A DNA stretch of 24,020 nt from an uncultured Opitutales bacterium (lineage in GTDB: Bacteria > Verrucomicrobiota > Verrucomicrobiia > Opitutales > JAIRKQ01). This document shows positions 9,259 to 18,471 of the stretch, one piece after another. Position numbers and translations under genes: made by a program. The stretch spans positions 1 through 24,020 of the forward strand of contig CAZPRW010000001.1 of the NCBI GenBank assembly GCA_964589405.1, written 5' to 3'. The notes below the pieces were generated by a model. The model was not told the DNA's origin. It did no database searches and was given only the letters and a program-made list of their open reading frames with translations. Each line of letters opens with the position of its first letter. Positions within the stretch are counted from its first letter, which is position 1.

Positions 9259-12200
9259 ATGGAAAGCATATCTGAGACCTTTATTAGACGGCCAGTAATG
9301 ACAATTTTGCTAACGTTGATATTAGCCGTTGGTGGAATTTTTAGTTACCGGTCAATGCCAGTCAGTGATTTACCAGCTGTAGATTATCCTGTTATTCAGG
9401 TAACTGCATCTTTTCCTGGGATGGACCCTGCAACAATGGCAGCAAATGTTGCGTCACCATTAGAAAAAGAGTTCATGAAAATACAGGGACTCGAAATGGT
9501 TACATCAAGCAGTATGCAAGGAGCAACCAGGCTCGTATTACAATTTTCGTTGAATAAAAACATTGATGGTGCTGCTACTGATGTCCAATCTGCAATCACA
9601 CGTGCCACTGGAAATCTACCAGTTGATATGCCATCCCCTCCGGTATTTACAAAAACTGACCCAAACAGTCAGCCAATTTACTACTTGGTCTTGAATAGCG
9701 CAACAATGACCAAAGGTGATTTATACGATTACGCGTCTGATGAAATTGCACAACGCATAAGCATATTAGAAGGTGTATCAGAAGCTAATGTTTATGGAGT
9801 TCCGAGAGCAGTAAAAATTCTGGTAAATAATGAAAAATTGCGCAATAAAGATGTTACCGTTGACGACGTAACGAAAGCAGTTCAAGCAGGAACTGTATCA
9901 CTTGCCGCAGGACAATTAAAAGGGTCTACCAAATCATTAGTAATTAAACCAAATGGTCAATTATCGCGAGCCAGTGATTATTTAAATTTGATTGTTGCTT
10001 ATAAAAATGACACACCTATTTACTTAAAAGACATTGCTGATTGTATCGACAAATTGGAGTCCGATGATTTGTCCGCAAGTTTTTATAACAAAGAATTGAT
10101 CAAGGAACCTTCTGAAAGCACAGTAATTATCGCCGTAACACGTGCAGCAGGTGCTAATGCAATATCATTAGCTAAACAAATCGATGAATTATTACCTGTT
10201 TTCAGAAAACAAATTCCTGCATCGATAGAAATGATGAAAATGTACGATCGTTCCGTTTCTATCAAAGAATCGGTGGATGATGTCAAAATGACGTTAGTCA
10301 TAGCATTTATTCTAGTCATAGGTGTAATATTTTTATTTTTAGGCCGTTTCAGAGAGACATTTATTCCTATTGTAGCACTGCCATTATCACTATTAATAAC
10401 ATTTATTGTCATGCGATGTCTTAATTACAGCATAGACAATTTATCATTAATGGCGTTAACATTATCCATCGGACTATTGGTAGATGACGCCATAGTGTTC
10501 CTCGAAAACATGATACGACGAATGGAAGATTTTGGCGAAAGCCCATTAAAAGCATCGATCGAAGGAGCAAAAGAAATCAGTTTTTCCATTATTTCGATGA
10601 CGTTGTCATTGGCAGCGGTATTTATCCCATTGGTCTTCATGTCCGGACAAATCGGTCGTGTATTTAGAGAATTTTCAATAACAATTGTTGTCGCTATATT
10701 AGCATCTGGTATCGTATCATTGACGTTAACACCAATGATGTGTGCAAGAATGTTAAAACCTATAAAAAAAGAAAATAAAACAAAACTGGAAATAGCATCT
10801 CATAATCTGGAACATAGATGTTTAAAATGGTATAGTAAAGCTCTTGACTGGTGCATAGCTCATAAAAAATCATCCGTCATGATATGGGTAATCAGCTTGA
10901 TAGGTACGTTTTGGTCATTCGTAGCATTGCCAAAAACATTCCTTCCTGAAGGGGATAGTGGATTATTGAATGGATTTTTTATAGCAGAAGAAGGAACATC
11001 TCCATCTCAAATGCGAGAATATAAAAATGCTATCATCGATAAAATAAAGAAAAACCATTATGTTGAGAGTATTATGTCAGTAACTGGCATTAGCGGCATG
11101 TTAACTAGTAATCAAGGGATTGCTGTCGCAACCTTGAAAAAAGGGAAACGCCCTAGCATACAAGAAATATCAAATCAAATCTCACGCGATCTGTATTCTA
11201 TTCCTGGCGTGTTGAGCATTGTTCATCCAATTCCGAGCCTATCAATTAGCACCGGTGCAATTAGTACAAATCAAGGAAAGTATACGTATATACTGTCAGG
11301 TGTCAACGCAGATGAAGTGTATGATTGTGCCAATAAAATGGTCGCTGAAATGCGCAAAAATCCTGGTTTCGCATCAATATCTACTGATCTATACATAAAA
11401 AACCCACAATTATCGATAGATTATTTAAGAGATCAAGCATATCGATATGGTGTCACTCCTTATGATATAGAGAATATGTTAAAACAAGCGTATTCAGAAA
11501 ATTATTGTTATCAAATAAAGACTGGAACACGACAATATAAGGTAATTGTAGAGTCTGATGATGCGTTACGTAATGATATTACTGATTTAAATACATTATA
11601 CTTTCGAGGAAAATGTGGCGAGTTGTTGCCATTTAAAACAGTCGCAAATGTTTATGAAACACTTGGTCCGACATCTGTAAACCACGTTAATAATTTCAAT
11701 TCTGTATCAATATTCTTTGACCTTAACCAAGACTATCCTATTGGCGATGCTACACAATTTATCAACAAATTGGCATCAACAATAGTGCCACCGCAAGTTA
11801 TGGGATCTCTAGAAGGAGAGGCGAAAACATTTGCTGAAACCTTTAAGAGCATGGCGATCATGTTAATAGTGGCGATTTTCGTCATGTATATAATTTTAGG
11901 AATTTTGTATGAAAGTTATATTCACCCATTGACAGTGTTATCATCATTACCAGTTGCCATGGTCGGCGGTTTATTGACATTGATGGTTTTCAAGATGGAA
12001 TTGTCGCTGTATGGGTTTGTCGGATTGTTCATGCTATTAGGCATTGTCAAAAAGAATGGTATTTTGATGATCGACTTTGCGATTGCTCGTCAAAAAGAAG
12101 GTATGAGCAAAGAACAAGCCGTTCATACGGCGTGTTTGGAACGTTTCCGTCCTATCATGATGACGACTTTAGCAGCATTGATGGGAAATGTACCATTGGC

Positions 12201-12390
12201 TATAGGGTGGGGAGCAGATGGAGCATCTAGACGTCCATTGGGAATGGCTATAGTCGGAGGATTAGTCGTATCTCAAATAATAACGTTGTTCATTTTGCCA
12301 GTCATTTATTTATATTTCGAAGACTTCCAAGAAAAAGTATTGGACAAAATACCATTTTTCGCCAGAAATGTGGATGACAATGTTGCCTAG
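9259..12390 (+). CDS. RND efflux inner-membrane transporter (AcrB/MdtB/MdtC superfamily)
   Basis: 1043 aa; FIRRPVMT, LPAVDYPVI, proton-relay motif GLLVDDAIVFLEN, KKNGILMIDFA, RFRPIMMTTLAA and RRPLGMAIVGGL. Confidence 0.95.
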   Translation: MESISETFIRRPVMTILLTLILAVGGIFSYRSMPVSDLPAVDYPVIQVTASFPGMDPATMAANVASPLEKEFMKIQGLEMVTSSSMQGATRLVLQFSLNKNIDGAATDVQSAITRATGNLPVDMPSPPVFTKTDPNSQPIYYLVLNSATMTKGDLYDYASDEIAQRISILEGVSEANVYGVPRAVKILVNNEKLRNKDVTVDDVTKAVQAGTVSLAAGQLKGSTKSLVIKPNGQLSRASDYLNLIVAYKNDTPIYLKDIADCIDKLESDDLSASFYNKELIKEPSESTVIIAVTRAAGANAISLAKQIDELLPVFRKQIPASIEMMKMYDRSVSIKESVDDVKMTLVIAFILVIGVIFLFLGRFRETFIPIVALPLSLLITFIVMRCLNYSIDNLSLMALTLSIGLLVDDAIVFLENMIRRMEDFGESPLKASIEGAKEISFSIISMTLSLAAVFIPLVFMSGQIGRVFREFSITIVVAILASGIVSLTLTPMMCARMLKPIKKENKTKLEIASHNLEHRCLKWYSKALDWCIAHKKSSVMIWVISLIGTFWSFVALPKTFLPEGDSGLLNGFFIAEEGTSPSQMREYKNAIIDKIKKNHYVESIMSVTGISGMLTSNQGIAVATLKKGKRPSIQEISNQISRDLYSIPGVLSIVHPIPSLSISTGAISTNQGKYTYILSGVNADEVYDCANKMVAEMRKNPGFASISTDLYIKNPQLSIDYLRDQAYRYGVTPYDIENMLKQAYSENYCYQIKTGTRQYKVIVESDDALRNDITDLNTLYFRGKCGELLPFKTVANVYETLGPTSVNHVNNFNSVSIFFDLNQDYPIGDATQFINKLASTIVPPQVMGSLEGEAKTFAETFKSMAIMLIVAIFVMYIILGILYESYIHPLTVLSSLPVAMVGGLLTLMVFKMELSLYGFVGLFMLLGIVKKNGILMIDFAIARQKEGMSKEQAVHTACLERFRPIMMTTLAALMGNVPLAIGWGADGASRRPLGMAIVGGLVVSQIITLFILPVIYLYFEDFQEKVLDKIPFFARNVDDNVA

Positions 12391-13606
12391 CTTGTTGATA
12401 GTTGATGATGAAAAAAACTCTCGTGATGCTCTAGAACAACTATTAAACTGCGATTACGAGGTTTTTTTGGCCAAAAATTTCGATGACGCTGTCACATTGA
12501 TGAAGAATGGCAGATTCGATATAGTGTTGACTGATTTGCGAATGTCTGGCAAGAATGGAATGTTCGTCATCGAAGAAGCGCTACGCAGGCCATACAATCC
12601 AATATGTATCATGATGTCAGCATATGGATCTGTTGAAACAGCAGTTGATGCAATAAAACATGGGGCCTACGATTTTGTAACAAAACCTATTGATTTGACG
12701 AAGCTAGAAACATTGATGAAAAACGCATTAACTAGCAGAAAATCATCCAAAAAGAAAACGACAGTCATATCTGATATTGCCAAAACAAAATGTAATATCA
12801 TTTCAAGTAATGACTTTTCACCAGAAAAGATAATAGGACATTCTAACGCTATAACATCATTACTCAAAAAAGTAAATACTGTCGCAAAATCTTCTGCCAC
12901 TGTGTTATTTGACGGTGAAACCGGTACAGGAAAAGAATTATTCGCCAATGCTGTTCATTTTTATAGCCAACGAAAAACAAAACCATTTGTCGCTGTTCAT
13001 TGCGCGAGCTTACAAAAAAATTTGCTAGAAAGTGAACTATTTGGACACGAAAAAGGTGCCTTTACCGGAGCTGATACAAAGCGCATTGGACTATTTGAAC
13101 ATGCTGATGGCGGAACATTATTTTTTGATGAAATTGGCGAGATTGATTTAGAAACACAAGTAAAATTATTACGGTTTCTGGAATCTCGTACATTCAATCG
13201 TGTTGGCAGTAATGAAGATATCAATGTTGACGTAAGAATAATTTGCGCAACAAATAGAGATTTAGGAAAAATGGTATCACAAGGCACATTCCGCGATGAT
13301 CTATTATATCGACTGAATGTAGTAACTTTAACATTACCCCCTTTGCGCGATAGAGCGGATGACATCCCAGAATTGCTCAACTATTATGCAAAAATGTTTT
13401 CTGATAGAAACAACGTTGAAAACATTTCATTCAATGATGCTACAATTGATATTTTATGTCATTATCAATGGCCAGGTAATATCCGTGAATTGAGGAACTT
13501 TTGCGAAAATTCTGTAATTTTTTATTCAGGGCAGACAATGACACCAAACAACCTTGATAAAAAATTCTTGTGTCCAAAATTACAGGCCAAAATGTCATCC
13601 CAGTAA
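12380..13606 (+). CDS. Sigma-54-dependent response regulator (REC + AAA+), no C-terminal HTH
   Basis: REC: LIVDDE, LTDLRM, MMSAY, FVTKP. AAA+: GETGTGKE, ESELFGHEKGAFTGA, LFFDEIGE, ICATNRDL, FRDDLLYRLNV, WPGNIRELRN. Ends about 35 aa later. Start chosen at ATG 12380 (12368 and 12374 are alternatives); overlaps the RND stop. Confidence 0.9.
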   Translation: MLPSLLIVDDEKNSRDALEQLLNCDYEVFLAKNFDDAVTLMKNGRFDIVLTDLRMSGKNGMFVIEEALRRPYNPICIMMSAYGSVETAVDAIKHGAYDFVTKPIDLTKLETLMKNALTSRKSSKKKTTVISDIAKTKCNIISSNDFSPEKIIGHSNAITSLLKKVNTVAKSSATVLFDGETGTGKELFANAVHFYSQRKTKPFVAVHCASLQKNLLESELFGHEKGAFTGADTKRIGLFEHADGGTLFFDEIGEIDLETQVKLLRFLESRTFNRVGSNEDINVDVRIICATNRDLGKMVSQGTFRDDLLYRLNVVTLTLPPLRDRADDIPELLNYYAKMFSDRNNVENISFNDATIDILCHYQWPGNIRELRNFCENSVIFYSGQTMTPNNLDKKFLCPKLQAKMSSQ

Positions 13607-13666
13607 AAACGTAGAGTATACTTATAACTTGTTATTTTTCTTACACTAAATATACTAATTTTATGT

Positions 13667-13870
13667 ATGAGCAATGATGAATTTGGCGATGAGCATGTCG
13701 TATGTTATAGACATTTGAAGAATAGGTCATCGGATGAGCCATTTCGATACCATGCGCACTGCCAAAAAAGCAAAAACAAAACTCGCAAGATTGAGGAAGA
13801 AGCAATGATCTCATTGAAAAATGACGTTAACACTTATTGCGACTGGTTACAATTTTTAGCAGGGGATTGA
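13667..13870 (+). CDS. Small hypothetical ORF (67 aa) or gene remnant
   Basis: ATG-initiated ORF in an otherwise empty gap. No recognisable motif. Confidence 0.25.
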   Translation: MSNDEFGDEHVVCYRHLKNRSSDEPFRYHAHCQKSKNKTRKIEEEAMISLKNDVNTYCDWLQFLAGD

Positions 13871-14149
13871 AATTCTCACATAAACACAGCAAAAACTAAT
13901 ATCCATTTTCATAACAATGGCTGAGATAAGCATGGATTCTCACATGCAAATGTTGATAACATCAAGACTACAAAGTCTAAAAAAATATTTTCAAGAATGT
14001 TCACTTAAAATGTACATGACACTGCACGCTTTCTTCTAGAAAGCAATGAAAAGCGAAGAGAATGCGTAATGATAACGTAACAAAAATATTTTGCTTCATT
14101 CATAATCACATCCTTTTTTGTTTAATATCGTTTTTAATTAAAAATTTAA

Positions 14150-14503
14150 TCAATCTAGTAAACCTTCTAATTCATCTAAGATATTATTGTTTTTTTCTTC
14201 ATCTTCTTTAATCTCTCGTTGTCGCTTTTCGTCTTCTTTTTTTATTATCTCAGCTTTTTCATCATCTTCATCGAGAAACTTTCCTAAGACATCAAAGGCT
14301 TGTATTGCTTCACCATGATCCGCATTCAATCTATTAACTTCATCTTCTAGCCACTTTATTTTATTTTCCTGCTCTTCGCACCTTTTTTCCAACTCGGCAT
14401 ATTTGATTCTCAACTCTTCCATTTCTTTCTTCTTATCATCATCAATCTGTTGCATACCATAAACACCATTGCCACTAACGTAATTTGCTGAACTAACATT
14501 CAT
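14150..14503 (-). CDS. Intact 3' segment of the paralog (117-aa acidic coiled coil); may still be translated from its own ATG
   Basis: About 37 of 59 aligned columns identical to the gene A segment starting MNVNSVNY (manual alignment). GGTGG lies just upstream of the ATG. Confidence 0.5.
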   Translation of the reverse strand: MNVSSANYVSGNGVYGMQQIDDDKKKEMEELRIKYAELEKRCEEQENKIKWLEDEVNRLNADHGEAIQAFDVLGKFLDEDDEKAEIIKKEDEKRQREIKEDEEKNNNILDELEGLLD

Positions 14504-14978
14504 AGATGACCACCATCTATTGGCATTGTCAGTACTAAGTACAGCATTTTTGCCAGATCCTTTATTTATTTTTTTAAGCTTTCTATGTTTCGTGTTAATT
14601 GCGCAATATTACTATCTCGAGCATTTAACATCTCTTTCCGTTTTCGTATTTCTTCTTCTAGAGTCGAAAATGCGACTTCGCGCTTCTTCTGAATTTCTGT
14701 CGATCGTTCGATTCAACTCAGCAATTTTCGCAGTTTGTTTCTCTGTTATATTGTTCAGTCTATTAAATTTCGCCAGTTTGTCCGCCTATACTACTTTGCA
14801 ATTTGACTATTTTGCAATCTAGATATTCGATCACTTTCCTGGAATTTTCTCTTTTAGTTTTTAGCCGTCGTATTAAATTCTTCAATCCGACCGTCACGCT
14901 CATCAACTAACCCAGCTAAACGCTCTAAGCCAGCAATCTATTGCTGAGATTTTTCAGCTTCCACTCTTTCTTCTTTTT
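14150..14978 (-). pseudogene. Degraded paralog of coiled-coil gene A (20622-22586)
   Basis: Broken frames read KEERVEAEKSQQ*IAGLER...; ...EMLNARDSNIAQLTRNIESLKK*IKDL-(1-bp deletion)-KNAV...SMNVSSANY, matching EEERRAQAEEAQDKISGLEK...NIESLKKQIEDLSKNAV...SMNVNSVNY in gene A. Lesions: TAG 14938-14940, TAA 14854-14856, CAA>TAA 14566-14568, 1-bp deletion at about 14553/14554, plus further frameshifts. Confidence 0.82.
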
Positions 14979-16313
14979 CTACCTCTGCATAACTTGCAAC
15001 ATTTGACCATTGTGGAATAATGTAACAGAATGTGTACTTTCCGATACTGCTATTGCAATACATTCTGCTGCCCATGAAATTGATGCTGCTGCCGCATGCC
15101 GTGTTCCGAACCCACTAGGCATAACAATATTGTGGTTTGGTGTATAAATCAAAGTACCAGCCGATTCAATAATGCCATCACCACGTATCACAAATGCACC
15201 ATCTATTAACGAAAACTCTTTGACGGTTTCTTCCATAAATGGGTGCAAAATATTCCGTTCTGCTTCGGGATATCCATAGAATGGATTCAACACCAATGGT
15301 TTCATAAATAATGAAATTTTATTTATATCACCTAAAACAAACAAACATCCAACCGATTTACCCTCTCGTCCTTCAGTTGCTATTTCTGATGCAATAGATA
15401 ATGTACGCTCCAATACCTCTGGTCTGATATCGCACTGGAAAAATTTCGAATTAGATGTCAAAATTGGTCGAAATTCTTTTTGGATATCAACTATAAACAT
15501 AGTATCCAATATGCCTGGTGTATTGCTACAACCAATACAACATACCTTATCATCAAAATTGAAAATCTCTCGTGTGATACCAAATAAAATCGCACCACGG
15601 AAACCATGTAACCAACTAGTCGACGTAGCATTAACATGTAACTCTATATACGAATTATAACTAACTGGATGAACGTCTGATTTATTATTGTGGATAATGC
15701 GCACGATCTTCATGCCATCAAATATCGTCTCAATATCAATGTTATCGATTTTGATGTCACCAAATAACATTACATTGGAACATCGTGCTTCATGTGCAAT
15801 TTCTACAACTTCTCGCAAAAAGAACTCATTGCTACCAATACTGATATTACGTGTGCTATTTTGACTAAACTTTTTAAATATACTGAGCACTGTGTTTTTA
15901 AAATTGTCAAATGAATCAACATTGCGCAAACGAGATACTACAGAAGCATTCTGAAAAATATTAACGACAGAAGAAACTACTCTCAAATAATCTCGTTCAT
16001 GTTTGGATGCTAAAACTAATACAATAATATTTGATTGTTCAGAATCTCGCATGACAGACCGTTTTAAATCTGACTTACATCGTCCGACGAAAATTTCATA
16101 CGGAGATGAAAGATGAGCACGTAAATTCGGCACTAATATTTTATTTCCAACACTTGATGATATTTCTTTTTCTTTGGACAATAAATCTGAAACAACGTCA
16201 TCTATACACCCTCGAAACCGACATAGTGACAATAATTCACGAATAGCAGATTCAAATGTATTGCTTGTTAACTCTACTATTGAATTGGCATTGATATACT
16301 GTGCAAAATTCAT
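14979..16313 (-). CDS. PTS EIIA-like domain fused to a DisA_N-type diadenylate cyclase (DacZ/CdaZ-like C-terminal region)
   Basis: N-terminal EIIA-type segment KEKEISSSVGNKILVPNLR. C-terminal EGREGKSVGCLFVLGD, NPFYG, KEFSLIDGAFVIRGDG (DGA motif) and GFGTRHAAAA (RHR-equivalent motif). Confidence 0.88.
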   Translation of the reverse strand: MNFAQYINANSIVELTSNTFESAIRELLSLCRFRGCIDDVVSDLLSKEKEISSSVGNKILVPNLRAHLSSPYEIFVGRCKSDLKRSVMRDSEQSNIIVLVLASKHERDYLRVVSSVVNIFQNASVVSRLRNVDSFDNFKNTVLSIFKKFSQNSTRNISIGSNEFFLREVVEIAHEARCSNVMLFGDIKIDNIDIETIFDGMKIVRIIHNNKSDVHPVSYNSYIELHVNATSTSWLHGFRGAILFGITREIFNFDDKVCCIGCSNTPGILDTMFIVDIQKEFRPILTSNSKFFQCDIRPEVLERTLSIASEIATEGREGKSVGCLFVLGDINKISLFMKPLVLNPFYGYPEAERNILHPFMEETVKEFSLIDGAFVIRGDGIIESAGTLIYTPNHNIVMPSGFGTRHAAAASISWAAECIAIAVSESTHSVTLFHNGQMLQVMQR

Positions 16314-16370
16314 CTCTCGACAAAAAAATTAATAGGTTTTTAAGAAAAATAAAGCAAATTGGAGGAATTT

Positions 16371-16850
16371 TTAATCAAACATCAGGCAACAATTTGCAAT
16401 GACTGCTACTGCTTCACAACGACCAATCTCGCCAATTTTTTCATTAGTCTTTGCTTTAACACCAATATCTGACATTGGAACACCTAAAATTCGGGATATT
16501 TCATGTTTTATATCATTGATATATTTTGCAAGATGTGGCTCCTGAGCAATAATAGTGGCATCAATATTTGATATTTGGCCGTGTGCATCCATTAAACATT
16601 TCTTTGCAAATTTTAAAATTTCTTTCGAATCAATATTTTTTATCGCATCATCATTGTCAGGAAACCAATGCCCAATATCTTGTAGTCCTAAACTGCCAAA
16701 TATAGCATCTGATATAGCATGCAATAATACATCACCATCAGAATGTCCAGCAAGGCCTTTGTCATGATCAATAACAACACCACCAAGTGTCAACTTGCGA
16801 CCAACTACCAAGCGATGAATATCATATCCAATGCCAACTTTTATTTTCAC
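16371..16850 (-). CDS. ispF: 2-C-methyl-D-erythritol 2,4-cyclodiphosphate synthase
   Basis: GTG start; GIGYDIHRL, GHSDGDVLLHAISDAIFG, GLQDIGHWFP, NIDATII and VKAKTNEKIG. Confidence 0.96.
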   Translation of the reverse strand: MKIKVGIGYDIHRLVVGRKLTLGGVVIDHDKGLAGHSDGDVLLHAISDAIFGSLGLQDIGHWFPDNDDAIKNIDSKEILKFAKKCLMDAHGQISNIDATIIAQEPHLAKYINDIKHEISRILGVPMSDIGVKAKTNEKIGEIGRCEAVAVIANCCLMFD

Positions 16851-16963
16851 AATGGATCAAGTTTGTAGAAATCAAAACCAAATCTGCAAGTGAATATCAA
16901 TAACTACAATTTTATCGTTGGAAACATTTTATACAAACTCGATCAAACAAATAACAGAAATTA

Positions 16964-17500
16964 TTAATATAATTTGCTTTGTAACATTAATAATTTCACT
17001 ATTGACTGATACATGCTCTTGCTGACTATCGCAAAATTTTCTAATTCATCTAATTGCACCCAACGATAATCAACATGCTCTTTTGGGTCTAATTTTATCT
17101 TAACATCGGAATCTGCCTTACATGAAAACGCAACTCCAGGGACGATAACACCTGGCGATATTTCTATCTCAAAACATTCTGCTAATTTCCATCGATTGGC
17201 GTTTATAATTCCTGTTTCTTCTTTTAACTGCCTTTTTGCAGCTGCTTCTAGACTCTCATTTTCACGAACAGAACCGCCAACGCATTCCCATAAGCTAGGA
17301 TACAACTCCCTATGTGCCGATCGTTTTAATAACAGAACCTCTGGCCCACGTAAATTATTAATCCTATAACAATAAGCAGAAACAAAAACTTCAATCTTAT
17401 TGATATGCTCTTCCCGAGCACCAAATATGCCATCTGGCAACAATAATGTCACGAACACGGATACCATGATGGCTAATGTTTTTGCCATTTTTGTTATCAT
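16964..17500 (-). CDS. Nudix hydrolase with N-terminal signal peptide or membrane anchor
   Basis: VLLLKRS...LWECVGG, Nudix box GSVRENESLEAAAKRQLKEETGI (RE>RQ variant) and EHVDYRWV. N-terminus is MITKMAK followed by LAIMVSVFVTLLL. Confidence 0.85.
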   Translation of the reverse strand: MITKMAKTLAIMVSVFVTLLLPDGIFGAREEHINKIEVFVSAYCYRINNLRGPEVLLLKRSAHRELYPSLWECVGGSVRENESLEAAAKRQLKEETGIINANRWKLAECFEIEISPGVIVPGVAFSCKADSDVKIKLDPKEHVDYRWVQLDELENFAIVSKSMYQSIVKLLMLQSKLY

Positions 17501-17636
17501 ATACTAAAATCCCAAACGTATAGAACATTAATATAACAATATCATTTGTCAACAAAATGTAAATGTCGTGTGCCAACTGCCAAGAATTTTAACCATTATT
17601 GATTTTTCGAAAAAAATTTTTACGTTCGTTTCATAT

Positions 17637-18107
17637 ATGGAATTTGCAAAAGACGCACATATGATAGCTACCAAGAGTAATGGTGATATCATTCAATTCT
17701 CTGTATTGCTCGATGGGAAATCATTGTCGTATAATAATATAATCAAATTATGTTCAACAAATGAAATTACCATATCGGCATTTTCATTTTTAGAAAACTT
17801 CGATACAACAGTCATGCGATTTGTCGTAAATTATCCTGATTGCGCACAAAAAATACTATCAGAAAATAGGGTAGTATATTACACGACCAATATTGTCGGA
17901 ATAGAACTCGATCAACAAACAGAATTATTGAATTTCTCTAAAATGTTATTCGCTGCTGAAATAAAACTACATTATATTTATTCATTTTTATCGCGACCAC
18001 ACGGAAAAATCGGACTATTGTTACAAACAGAAAACAATGAGTTTACTAAAAACATGCTATCGAGCATGGGATTTAAAGTCCTATCACAAGATGACATCGG
18101 ACGATAA
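17637..18107 (+). CDS. Tandem ACT-domain protein (COG4747-like)
   Basis: QFSVLL, DTTVMRFVVNYPD, LHYIYSFLSRPHGK and terminal LSQDDIGR match my recollection of this family. ATG 17637 is preferred over the ORF-track start 17568; 17661 is also possible. Confidence 0.7.
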   Translation: MEFAKDAHMIATKSNGDIIQFSVLLDGKSLSYNNIIKLCSTNEITISAFSFLENFDTTVMRFVVNYPDCAQKILSENRVVYYTTNIVGIELDQQTELLNFSKMLFAAEIKLHYIYSFLSRPHGKIGLLLQTENNEFTKNMLSSMGFKVLSQDDIGR

Positions 18108-18306
18108 AGACGTTTCGCGATACACTTCATCAAAAATATGTCTTTTATAAAACGTATACTTCCGTTATTTTATGAGACAAAAATGCTTCCGGCAATACTA
18201 AACTAATATAAATTATACAATTGTTATCACATCAATTTTTCACATGTTATCCAACATAACGCTTGATTATGTTAAAAATTTACTTATCAATGCGCATATC
18301 GATTGT

Positions 18307-18399
18307 GGAGAAATGGCTGAGTGGTCGAAAGCGCCTTCCTGCTAAGAAGGTGACCTCTCAAAAGGGGGTCCGAGGGTTCAAATCCCTCTTTCTCCGCCA
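18307..18399 (+). tRNA. tRNA-Ser (anticodon GCT), long variable arm, CCA encoded
   Basis: Acceptor stem GGAGAAA/TTTCTCC; D arm GCTGAGTGGTCGAAAGC; anticodon arm CCTTC-CTGCTAA-GAAGG; variable arm GACCTCT...GGGGGTC; T arm GAGGG-TTCAAAT-CCCTC; discriminator G then CCA. Confidence 0.97.
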
Positions 18400-18435
18400 A
18401 AAATTTTGGCAGCTTGATTAAAAACTTTAGTTATT

Positions 18436-18471
18436 GCTCTTGTTTAAGAGCCGAAAGCAACATAGCTGTTG
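18436..18471. terminator. Two short hairpins between tRNA-Ser and the convergent coiled-coil cluster (possible terminator)
   Basis: GCTCTT-gttt-AAGAGC (18436-18451) and CAACA-tagc-TGTTG (18458-18471). Stems are short and there is no clean U-tract. Confidence 0.3.

Noticed and set aside
14131-14144. Perfect palindrome TTTTTAATTAAAAA
   Set aside because: It contains only A/T, which is expected by chance in this composition.
14566-14568. TAA aligned to Gln in the paralog, suggesting stop-codon reassignment
   Set aside because: A 1-bp deletion follows within about 13 nt, other stops and frameshifts are present, and TAA/TGA/TAG all terminate conserved genes in this window. Ordinary C>T decay explains it.
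14520-14822. 100-aa plus-strand hydrophobic ORF
   Set aside because: Antisense shadow of the purine-rich coiled-coil pseudogene; the F/L/S richness is the expected reverse-complement artefact.
18263-18291. TTGATT-based promoter candidates before tRNA-Ser (and at 17599 before the ACT gene)
   Set aside because: The -10 matches are poor or the spacing is 16 nt; they cannot be distinguished from background without TSS data.
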